Shown: one piece after another, positions 12,601 through 23,843 of the stretch
How positions within the stretch are numbered: the first letter of the stretch is position 1
How the letters are laid out: each line of letters starts with the position of its first letter
Assembly (NCBI GenBank): GCA_020536535.1
Contig: JAHLWZ010000898.1
Span: forward strand, 1-53,920
DNA length: 53,920 nucleotides
Origin: Pelomyxa schiedti
Taxonomy: Eukaryota > Protista > Evosea
Direction: 5' to 3'
Position numbers and translations under genes: made by a program
The notes under the pieces: model-generated
What the model was told of the DNA's origin: nothing
The model's database searches: none
Seen by the model: only the letters and a program-made list of their open reading frames with translations

Positions 12601-15600
12601 CCCTTGCAAGTCACCCAATTTGGAATGCTCTTATCAAGCACTGCAAGGCTAAGGGATGCTTTTTCGATTATGAGCAACTGAGAGAAGGCATGAAAATTCC
12701 TCGGAAAGTTAGTGAGCGCATTGGAGAAGAAGTTGTTGACCTTTCAAGCTTGAGTAATATATGGAGGTTTGTAATCTTACCAAATAACCGGCCTGGTGAC
12801 TAACTTGTGTTTAGGATTAAAGTAGATGGCGAACTTGTAAGATCTCTAGGGAGCCTTGATACTGTGGCCAGGACAAAATTAGTCCAGATGGTGCGTAAAC
12901 TGGCATCCGGTCAATGGCCAAAACATGAGGTGTTGTTACAAAACAGGGATAATGACCCTCTCAACTCCGTCATTCATGTTTCAAAGCTAGCTGCTGACTT
13001 GTTACTTGTCTGGAGGCTTGATGTAATGAGACACACCGAGAGTCTACAGCAAATACTCACTCTGTTTCGTCTGATTCCGCCGAGTGAATTACACAATACC
13101 TTCTGCAAACTTAAAACTATCATCAACGCCGAGGCTAAGGTCAACTTGATATCTGTACAGCTAATGTGTGAGGGTGTACGCTCTGAAGGAACCCAAAAAG
13201 TCCCGAAAGTATGGTCTGAGGAGGAACTGCGACTTTTACAACGACCCCCAGAATGTGCAATCCCTGAAGAAACATGTACACCCACCAAGTATTACAACGT
13301 TTCTAAGGACTTCCTGCAAGAACTTCTTTCAGGATCTCCAGGAAAGCTTCACCTTGTATTGCACCCAGAAGAAGTTTCTGTAATAGAAAGAGCCAAGTCC
13401 GTCTTCATCTGTGGGCGTTCAGGCACAGGAAAGACAACAATTTTGTTGTATAGGATGCTTAACCACAAGCAACAAGCTGGAGATAGAAACATAAAGCAAA
13501 TCTTCCTGTCAAAATCTTCAATGCTTTGCGCTCATGCTAAAGCAGAGATTATGGCTTTGCTTGGTCTTTCCAATCAAGACAATGTTCCAATTCTTGACGA
13601 GATTGAGCAACAGTATTTCACTTGTCAAAATACTGTTCCCATAACCTCCTTGAAAGAGAACCACTTTCCTCTTTTTGTATCCTGCAGGCAATTGCTGAAC
13701 ATGATTGATATGTCCTTGGATACAAAGTTCTATATGAGTAAAACTTCTACTCCAACAGTAAATCAAACTGCAACAAAAAAATCACACCCCAAATATAAGT
13801 CGGGATCTGGATCTGTCATCACACCTAAAACAGCAGGACCAGCACCTCCACAAAAAACAAAATTACCCCAAGTAGGCACATCGCTAAAATCAGGGCCTTC
13901 AGGCAAACCAGTTTCATCCCAAAGACAAGTTACCTCCACTCAAACGACCTTGCCTCCTCGGAATTTCAGTGAGGAACAACTTCAAACTATCAACCCTAGG
14001 CTTGCCACAGTGTTAACCCCTGATGACATTTCAGATGACGCATTTAACACAGCTCGTTCGGTTAGCTCTGCTGTGCCTCTGGACACTCAGCAAAGAAGAG
14101 AGTTTGAAAGCCGTGAAGTAGAGTTTAGCGACTTTGCAAGAGACTACTGGCCAGGTTTTGATGAAAAGCTCAAGAACGGAATTTCTGATGTATCTTTCTT
14201 TTTCGTTTCCTCAGCTGACTCATTTCACAGGCCAAACTTTGGGTGGAAATTCACAGTCACATTAAAGGAGTACTAGATACCAATGGTTTGGACACCTACG
14301 TACTGTCGCAAGAGCAATATGAGAGGCTTGGCAGAGGTGATTTGATAGGAACATCCCCTGACAAAGTGTACAAACTCTTCAAGAAATATGAGGAAGTGAA
14401 ATCTAGAAAAGGTGCTTGGGATGAAACCGACTTCGTCATTTATCTACATAAACAGCTTTCAGAATATAGTCGTAACAAACGGTCTCATTCGGTGTTGAAT
14501 ATGAGATTTGATGAGATCTATGTAGATGAAGTGCAGGATTGTAGCATGATACAGCTTTCTCTTTTCAAATTTTTGTGCACAAATACTGCTGGCTACTCCT
14601 TTGCTGGCGACACAGCACAAACTATCCACTGCGGGGTTGACTTCAAATTTGAACGAGTATGTTTGACCACCCAGTTCCCGATAACTAACCACCATTTTAA
14701 GTTGAAGGACACATTCTTCGATATTGTTCACAGATCCCGTGCGGATGCTCCAAAAGTTGTCGATGAACTTTATAAGAACTACCGCACTCACATACAAATA
14801 TGTGAACTGGCAAATTCACTCACAAGTCTTGTGCAAAGATACTTCCCTGATTTTATTGACTTCATGAGACCTGAGCAGACGATGTGGAAGGGACCAATCC
14901 CTGTATTTCTCAATGCAACGTTGCACTCCTTGTCAGATCACTTCAGGTTTTTGGCCCGAGATATGAGTATTGCCTTTGGTTGCAAGCAGGTTGTACTAGT
15001 TCGAAATGATGATGCAAAGGCAAGACTTAAGAGGATGCACCCAAATCTGGGATCTGGCATTGTAATGACAATCACGGAATCAAAGGGACTGGAGTTTCAA
15101 GATGTCCTACTATATGATTTTTGGAAAGATTCTTGTGCCTCCTCAAACACTTGGAGGCTTCTCTGTGGACTTCTGGGAACGGAAGGCGTGCCGAAATTTG
15201 ATGTTAAGAAACATCATGTTCTTTGCTCGGAATTGAAGCACCTTTATACTGCTGTAACGCGTACAAGAAAACTACTTATCATGGTTGACGAGGACCAGCA
15301 AAAACATGAACCGCTCCTCTCTTTTTGGAAAACAAAGGAATTCATCAGTGTACAGGATGCGCTGTCAGAAGAGCAGAAAGGCATTTTGGCTGAAGATTCT
15401 TCCACCTTGCCCACAGAGTGGTGTCACAAAGCGGCAGTTCTCATGCAAAACAAAATGTACACACAAGCAGCTGTGTGCTACGAGAGAGGTGGGGATCTGG
15501 CAATGAGGGATAGAGCTCACGGGATGGAATTGATCACAGAATGGAAGACAACTGGAGATATGAGTAAGCTTGAAATGGCAGAAAACACATTTTCCCAACT

Positions 15601-18538
15601 TGGTCTTCTTTCACATGTGGTCTGGTGCCAAAATAAAGTAAAGAAATGGGCTGAAGCAGGGAAAACCTATCAACTGATGGGAAATATAAAGGAAGCAAAA
15701 AGAAATTACCTTCATGCAAAGAGACCCGATCTCTGCTTTGACATGTTGTGTGAGGTTGAAAGCGAAAATTCTGGTCTTTCCTTTGCCACAGATATTATTG
15801 AAAATCACAACTATTCACCAGCGATGATAGACAACTTGCGGTATAAAACAGTGTGTGTACTGAAACGCCACCCAGAGTTCGTCGATTCCCATGCTTCCAC
15901 GCGGGAAATTATAAGACACTGTGCCATTAGTTGGGTAACAGAGAACGAAACTGAAAAGTTACGAGACCTATTACCCTTGTGGAAGCGTGATCAGACACAG
16001 TTTCTCATAAGACATCAACAAACGGAGTTGCTGAGTGAACTTACTTCAACATTTAAAAACCTCAAAGGGCAAGTGAGCCCTGAAATGGTGGCCAAGATAA
16101 TGGCGAAGAAGGGTGACTGGAAAAATGCATCCCATTTTTACCAACTGGCAGCACAAATATCATCACAGGATACCCAAAAAACTCACTGTTCCCTCTTAGC
16201 GCTTCACTATTCCCAAATGTATGCCGATTTCTGCTATTGTGAGGACGCCAACGAGGAGAGGTATTTCTCAAGACTTCAGGAAATGGAAGAACAAGCCAGA
16301 GCGTGGAACGTTCTTCCCAAATACCTGGAAATCAAGTTGATTCAATTGGCAAAAAAAATTCTGGTAATGCCTATACAGACGCTGCAATTAGAATTGCTGG
16401 AGCTCAAAAGTAAAGTTCCACAAGATAATCTGTTTCTCTCAAAATTTGTGGCCGATATTTCATATACTCTCCTTACTCTGACAAGAGTGAACAATCCTGC
16501 ACTCCCTCTTAGAAACCTGGAAGAGTGGGAGGCCTGGGTACAGGTTACACTTCAGCTTATTGGAGGAATGCATGCCAAACATTCTTCGGGAGTTCAAACA
16601 GCTGAATGCACAGCCGGAATGAGATATGCAGGTATTTATAGTAACTGTCAAGGGGACTATAAGTCTTTGTACTTTTCTATCGGAAAGCCAACTTCATTTG
16701 GAACTAGTTTTGCAGATATTGATCCCTCATTCCTCCATGGGGAAAAATTCTCCGGAGTTTTGAAGACACTTGGTAAAGGAGATATGGAACAGATCTCAAA
16801 AATTCTTTCTCCTACGTACAGCAGCAAGCAGCAGTGCGCGAAGCAATACTGCCAGTTTTGGGGAGAAATTCTCCTTTGTGATGCACAGAAGTACCTTTCA
16901 GTTTTACGAGGATGTGACGTTGACACTTTGATCTCTATAGGTCAAAACCTTTTTAGGTTGTGCTGCCAATTGAAGACTGCATGCAATTGCATTTCTCCAA
17001 TTAAAGTAGATCAGTTTCGAGCCAAAGTTGAGAGTTGTATCAATAGTAAAATTGGTGATCTCTGGGTACAACATGCGTCGCAAAGTATTGTGCCCTATAA
17101 ATTATTTTTCCTCGCCTATGCCCGGGATCTCTGGTCAACATCTCTTCTGACACAAGATTCCTTCACTGCATACCAAATCGTAGATCTTCTTGGCGAGCAT
17201 AATCTTCTTGCAAAATGGACACAAACCAGTGATTCACCGGACTCACCAGTGAAGTCATCACTGCGTTCCCTTTGTGAATCACTTTCTAGCACTCTCATGA
17301 CACCCGGGAAGTGGCCAAAAATATTCCAATCAATGGTCAGCATACTTAAGGAAACCTTTAAGGGAGGTCACTCAACTCTCCCGTGGGTAGAAATTTCATG
17401 CTGTTTGCCAATGAGCAATTGGATGCTCTTCGCGGAAGTTGCTGTTGTCAGTGCCTTGTGCACATTATCGCAGTACCACAATGTGTTCCTACCAAAGAAA
17501 ATGTTCTTCAACGCAATGAACCATTGCAAGTATTCACTACCGCAACTACAGGTGTGTGAAGCATTCAGCCAAGCTGACGAGGTTCTTTTGTTACCACTAG
17601 AGGCACTAACAATGACTCTTTCACGGTGTAAAACTCAATACGTGCCTTTTGCGGATATATGGGGCTTGATAAAACTGGCTCTCGTATCTGTCATTAATAT
17701 CAAGCCGCCGTATGGACAGGATAGCGCAAACGTTGCATTTGGGAAAAAACTTTATGAATACATGCCCAGACTTGAATTGCTGGAACTTGAACGTGGACAG
17801 GATAAACACACGACAATCTCACCTCTGATCTGTGCCATTGCAAATCAACAACCTACTACGTTGCACTGGAAAGTGAAAGAGCTGTGCTTTGAATTATATA
17901 GTGATGAAAGTGATAGGCTATTCTGCCTTTGTGACAGACGGGATCCCAAATTGGCAACTTTACCTCTCAATCTCCAACCCCAGTGTGTAATTACTTGGCC
18001 CCGGGGTGCCAATCTTCTCCAGCTTGCTTGCACACAATTCGGGGAAAAGATAAGCTCACACATGAACATTTCCATTGTAAAACGCAACTCAAGCCAGCCC
18101 AACCAATCTCCACAACAGCCTCCCCAGCCGAAACCGCTTAGCACCACTGACTTTCACCACAACCTCATACTTGTAAACCAACCCCCAACAACAGAACAAG
18201 AACAACCTCAAGAACCCGCGCAATTGGAGGCCAATATCCTTCAATCAGAACTTCGTTACTCTCTCCCCAAAACTCCTGAAACTGAATCCTACATCAAGGA
18301 ATTCCTCCTTCTCATCCCGCGCAAGCCAGAACTCATAGAACAAAACCTATCACTCCACAAGACACTATCTACACTCACGGATATCTTTGAGAGGGACAAG
18401 ATGTTGCAGTCAGTTCACAACCTGGAACTTTGCATACAATTCCTCAACCTGGATCCCGAGGCACTTCACCTTCACCCTGATAACGAAACACTGGAACTTG
18501 TCAGACAAGAAGTCACCAAGCTACCCAACACGACCTAA
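9667..18538 (+). CDS. Giant TRANK1-like double SF1 helicase: ParB/Srx-like N-domain, UPF1/DNA2/NAM7-like helicase, RelE-like linker domain, UvrD-like helicase, TPR-like repeats, helical C-terminus
   Basis: SF1B motifs: FNKLQRQAI, IQ|GPPGTGKT, IVDEAG, LIGDPLQLPP, QYRMHP, GVITPY, SVDAFQGREKD, RLNVLLTRAK. UvrD/TRANK1 motifs: GRSGTGKTT, YVDEVQD, FAGDTAQTI, LYKNYRTH, ESKGLEF, ELKHLYTAVTRTR, then YTQAAVCYERGG-type TPR. The modules are joined across a short intron at about 12768-12814 with no intervening stop. Confidence 0.88.
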
Positions 18539-18540
18539 TA

Positions 18541-19081
18541 TTGCCTGTTTCACGAATTTTTTACACTTTTTTTCGCGATGAAAATCGCAAACCCCAGTCG
18601 CGATGGAAAGTGTCAAACATAAGAAACTCGAATCGCGATTCATCGCGAATTAGACTTTAGATTTAGAAGGATCTTTTGTTTTTTCTAATCATCCGATGGA
18701 TCCAGCCACACCCTTGGGAGCACCGATGTCTCAATGTGTGTCTTCGACACAACCACCCATCAGTAACCATTCATTGCCACTGGGAAATGGTATACAAACA
18801 TCAACAACTCCAGTTTAATACAGTCTGTCGTGACACATGCAACTTCTTGGCCATGGCTGTGGGACAAAATCGCTGCCCATTGGCCGCAACCTCCCGGACC
18901 CCCCGTCGCACCGTCAGGGTTAGCTTAACTTGGCACTTCATTTCTCTATTTCTATTTCTAATTCGCGATGAATCGCGAATCGTCCCTGTGAAACCAACAT
19001 CGAAATCGCAAAAGCAAATCGCGACTGGGGTTTGCGATTTTCATCGCGAAAAAAAGTGTAAAAAATTCGTGAAACAGGCAA
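18541..19081. mobile_element. Non-autonomous TIR DNA transposon (IS630/Tc1/mariner-like deletion derivative)
   Basis: Perfect 64-bp TIRs (18541-18604 / 19018-19081) and an inner 22-bp IR (18633-18654 / 18957-18978). Flanked by TA on both sides. Internal minus-strand HTH-like remnant TAMAKKLHVSRQTVLNW. Confidence 0.88.
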
Positions 19082-19083
19082 TA

Positions 19084-19241
19084 TTGGACGTTTCAGTCAA
19101 AAAACGGCATAATGAATGAAAAATAAAAACAACCAACAAAAAACAAGTTTATCCACTGGGCGCACCCAGTGCATTTCGTTTGATTTTGATGATAGTTTTC
19201 GTTTTTTGTTTGTGTGGCTGGTTTTTGACTGAAACGTCCAA
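19084..19241. mobile_element. 158-bp MITE/foldback element
   Basis: 20-bp TIR TTGGACGTTTCAGTCAAAAA / TTTTTGACTGAAACGTCCAA, with TA on each side (19082-83, 19242-43). Central hairpin CACTGGG-cgca-CCCAGTG. Confidence 0.78.
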
Positions 19242-19971
19242 TACAAAAGGAATAAGAAACTCCCAAAGACAAAAAAGTTGTTTCAATCCCAAAAATTTCC
19301 ACGAATTCTCTCTCACACAAGCACCCCGAGGAGGATGGCGACGAAGAAATTGATGACAGTAGTTACCCTGATGTGGAATATGAGGCAGAGGGGCCGAGAG
19401 TCTGAGGAGGATTCTGAAGATAAGTGCGATGAAGAGTCTGAGGAGGAGTGGGATGAAGAGGAATCTGATTGCGAATTGAAGCTGGAGGAGCAAGACCACT
19501 CTGAACTGGTAAATGTCATTTCAACAGTCTTGCCTCCACACTTCTGTTTTGTGAATGGTTGGTGCGGAACAAAACAATCAAATGGGGCACTTCACACCAG
19601 GCCAGCACAACCCAGAAGAGCAGACAGGCTTACTAGACCAAGTTGCCATCTCCTTACATCCAACTCTCAAGCTACCAGGCAAGGGTATCCCGCGGGTGTC
19701 CGGTGACACGCGCGGGTGAATGCGGATGGTTCCGGTAATTCTCCATGCCAGTTACTCCTGAGGCAATATTATGGTCTGGGGGAAAAATAAAAGAAATACC
19801 CTGAGATAGGGGGAATCAGTAATACCACAAAGAGGCTGTTAACGTCCGCTGTCTACTTTCGAGGCAATAATTATGCAAAAAAGGGAAAAAACGTCAGTAC
19901 CTTATTGAAACAATCATATAGAAGACTGAGAAAAAAAACAAACCATGAAGGAATCAATAAAGAAAAACGAA

Positions 19972-20190
19972 AGGTTAGCATTCTCAGCGTGTAAGTAACA
20001 CTCCCAATGAAAAACGAAACAAAAACAAAGGGAATTCTCAGTGTAAAGTAACACTCCCAATGAAAAACGAAACAACCAAAAGGGTAGCATTCTCAGCGTG
20101 TAAGTAATACTCCCAATGAAAAACGAAACAAAAACAAAGGGTAGCATTCTCCGTGTGTAAAGTAACACTCCCAATGGAAAACGAGAAAAA
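19972..20190. repeat. Minisatellite, 4 copies of a ~55-58 bp unit
   Basis: Unit approximately GGGTAGCATTCTCAGCGTGTAAGTAACACTCCCAATGAAAAACGAAACAAAAACAAA, repeated head-to-tail with small indels and no unique spacers. Confidence 0.9.
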
Positions 20191-20571
20191 AAAAAAGGGA
20201 AGAACCACTAGTCTCCATGGTGTCGCTTGTGCTCCGAGATCTCTCGTGCCTTGCATTTCTGTTGTTGTCGACAACCCCTACTTGCGTCACGTGGCACTCC
20301 CCGGGTCAACTTTCTCGTGTGCATTTTCCTCTTGGTTTTTTTTTTTTTTTTTGGCCATTTCGTTTGTGCCGCAAAAAAAAACCATGCGAAAAAAATTTTC
20401 ATTCTGACTACCAAAAAGCCTGTGTTTCACCAAGTCATTCCCTCATACTGAGGCAGTACCCGGGACGCGTGCGGTGTATTTTCTTTCACTTGTTCTATGT
20501 TTTTCTTATCGGAAAAAAACCTGGGTTTTCCTCATTTCTATTGAACACGGGTGTAGGTACTCAGTCACAGC

Positions 20572-23500
20572 TCAAATGTTATGGAACTGCGGGTGTTGGT
20601 ACCTAAGTTCAGTGGCAACAAATGGCTCAAATTCAAAGCCCTGTGTGTTCTCAGCAAGGCCAATGGCACCAACACTGACACCCCCAACAGTTCCAATGCC
20701 ATTGGAAACAAGCAAAGCAGTGGGGAAGCTCCGTGATAAGTATGCATTGATGGTGTCATACCGCCTTCCGGCATGCGGGTTCCCCTCCGCATCACCTTCA
20801 GGCTCATGAATGGCAGGCAGGCAGTGCAGAAGAGGCCACAGGGTGGTGATGGCCTGGCGGAATGCCTGCCTCCTAGCAAGTGCCCTGGCTCCCTTTTCTC
20901 TTCTCACACTGTTGACAAGGCCACCTCCTGTGCCGGCCCCGTTGTTCTCACAGGCTTCGTGCCACACTCTCTTCGCGGCCTCCAGTAGTTGCCAGTCATC
21001 AAGTATGCGGAGGAATGGCTCAAGCACAGAATCCCCGAGGGCCCCGCAGCGGACGAATCCGTGTGAGGGTGTTCTTTGAAGAACTAAGGCATCAAGTAGC
21101 TCTCGGCGGTACTCACAGATCAATGGGGCCGTGCTAAATGAGGTGACGATAACGTCCGGAAGGTAGGCTGCCTCAGACCGTTCAGAGCGGCCGAGTTCAG
21201 AAAGTTTTATATTGAGTATAGGTCTTCCTTCTTTCCCTAGTTGGTTGGTGAGAAATTGCACTATTCTCTGAAATTCAACCAGTTCTTGGTAAAAGAGTTT
21301 CTAATGGAATTCCTATATCTTTAGGGGTGCCTCCTTGAAGAGGGAGTTCATAGGACTTCATTTGTAAAAGTTGACCCTGCATGAGCTTTTAGAGTTTCTT
21401 TTATTTGTTATTGTTAGAAAACCTGAGGAAACAGCGGGAGCATTGCCCACCCACATGATAGTTCAGCACTTTTAATACTATTCTTGGGTTGCTTGTTTAC
21501 ATTTCTCACTAAAATACACAGTTCAAATAGCAATTTCCTAGTTGAACTAAATCAACAGGAAATGTCTGGATGTGATACAAGTTTAAGTCGGGAGGAGAAT
21601 TCGACCGCACCAAGAAAGTGTTTTCATCGTGCCGCTGGATCCAAACACCCTTAGTTAAATTACTTTGGACGTTGGAGAAATGGCTGGAAAACCTGTTTCG
21701 ATTTAAATCTCCAATGAGAAATGGTGGGGTGCATTTCAGTCAAGATAGCCATTACAGTGTGGCAATTACCAACTGAAGAACTATCGGCGCCAACATCTCG
21801 CCAGAGACAAACTCTTACGCGCCTTGATATTACCTCTGCTTGCGGTCCCGGGTTGGGAATTTCACGGGCAGAACCCAAGCTTATCTGAAAGCCAAATGTT
21901 TACCATCAATGATGAAACAGCATACTCAGTACCTTAAAGCACGCCCTATGGTGCCGTTGCCTCAAGTCTTGGGTGGCAAAATCGATTGTCAAATCAGAGA
22001 ATGACAACTGTGAGGGAGAAAGTGCAGGAATCACGGCCACGGAGGGTGCCGCCGGTCCCTTTTTCACCAATTGAGCTAGAGTAGAGGGACGAAAAGATAT
22101 TGGCATAGGCCCAAAGTCCTTAAGATACCTGCCACGGAGTTGAGAGATGAAGGGAGGCGAAACGGATTACCAGAGAGAAAATTTGATTCGCCTTTTCGAA
22201 TCCACAATCTTCTTGAAGATTGATTGTGCATTTGATACCCCACCTATCAATGAAAAAAAGCAGCACTTCAAAAAGAGACATAAGAGGTATTTGAGGGGGG
22301 AACAAATCTAGTCATAACATACGGGCAGGCCGACGGTGTTTGTTGTGCGCAGGAGACTTTTGAGGCCGCGGCAATCTGAAAAAAAATGAACAGTTAATTG
22401 GAGATAAAAAGGCTTACCTCGATGTGTCACAGTGGTAATGGTATGTGTCTAAATGCTGGTGACTGCCAATGTGTCTGTGCTGCTCGTAATCACCACCACC
22501 ACCGTCTTCATTTTCGTCTTGATTGGAATACTCGATACTGGGAGTTGCTCCCTGATCCTCTGGCTCAGCAGCATCGATCGGTGGGCTTCTACTTTGAGTG
22601 TCACTTGTGGGGTCATCACTATAGTGACCGTCTTCACCAACATCTTCATCCTCATAGTTTTCTTCATTGTTGGGCGCTTCTTCGCCACTACTGTAGTACT
22701 CGACTGCTGCAGTGTTGGTGCGTGGACTAGGTGCATCACTGTTCTCATAGGATCCGGAAGCAGTGTGTGTCATCTTTTGTCGTAGGTGGTTATGTGACTT
22801 GCGCAGTAAAGCGCTAGAGGTTTTGTGCAAAGGGGGATTGTATGAGACAGAAGAGGATGATGAGTGGTACGATCTTGCAGTTGATGGTGGTGAGGGGTCT
22901 TGGTGCGGAGTGGGATTTGCAACAATGTGTGTGGACTGATGCAGAGGGTGAATCTTTTTTGCACAGGTCATTCTGGTCCTAGCAGAGGGTGGCTAGCAAG
23001 TGATGAATTAGGTACCAAATAAGGATTCCCATTGAGGCAAACATTTAAAGACAGACTTCTAGGACTCGCCGAGTCCTCAAACCCTCCTCCAGTTTCAGAG
23101 TCCCCACTTAAAATAGAGCCATGATGTTAGGTTCCAATGAATAACATGAAATATAACAAGCAAAAAAAAAAAAAAGGTTGGGATTAACTTGTGATAGCCG
23201 CCATTAAACAAAAAAAAAAAAAAAAAAGGTGAAAAAACAAACAAAAATACAACGTACTCCATTCCCCAACCCAGATCCTCCGAATCTGGTGGTTGTTGTT
23301 GTTGGGAATCAGTCTCACTCTGGTAATGATACGCTCCCTCCTCGTCGCCGTCGCGGTCGTCGTCCTCGCCGCGCCGCGACCCATAACCAGAACCATAACC
23401 AGAACCACCACTGTTGCTGTACCTGGCGCTCTCAATTGCACTTCGGGCGGTGCGCGGGGTCGACCGCGCGGAGCTGCGCTGGCTCGCCGAGGGCGCGGCC

Positions 23501-23607
23501 GAAGAGGACCGGCTGCGCGGATCCCGCGCGCTCCCCATCGCGTGTGCTCTGCTGCCGTCGGTGTCGCTGTCCCGGCCGCCGTGCGAAGACCTAGCAGTCG
23601 ACGACAT
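20572..23607 (-). CDS. NPHP1: Nephrocystin-1 homolog (ciliary transition-zone protein)
   Basis: NPHP1 C-terminal motifs recognised from memory: SFRPSTLAQLV, PALSPSQLSFSDL, IPNPG...VISRRVRVCLW...VGNCHTV, ELSCGWAMLPL, LPDVIV, FEPF..TEL. The N-terminal exons are acidic/low-complexity and their linkage to the gene is inferred. Confidence 0.82.
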
Positions 23608-23843
23608 TTCGAAAAATCACGAAACGAGTGAGTTGGTTGTTTCCGGGAATTACTTTCTGGCAAACCACTGGACTTCTGCTGGGGCTGTGGAATAAGCGCC
23701 GCAGTATGCACTTGCCAAATGAACAGGATTGTGGGAAGCTGCTTGGACACAGTCCATCACTGGCTGTGGAAACTGTTCATCAGAAGCAGGAAAATTAAAT
23801 AAAAGGCCAAGTGGGCAGCGGTGTTTGGGGTCGGATCTGGGGT

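Noticed and set aside
19278-19706. Acidic ORF as a gene or displaced last exon of the helicase
   Set aside because: No recognisable domain, and the helicase has its own stop before the insertions; cannot be supported.
19689-19716. 12-bp GC hairpin as a Helitron 3' end or terminator
   Set aside because: No appropriately spaced CTRR end or U-tract; an isolated hairpin is not enough.
19972-20190. CRISPR-like array
   Set aside because: Units are contiguous with no unique spacers, there are no cas genes, and the context is eukaryotic.
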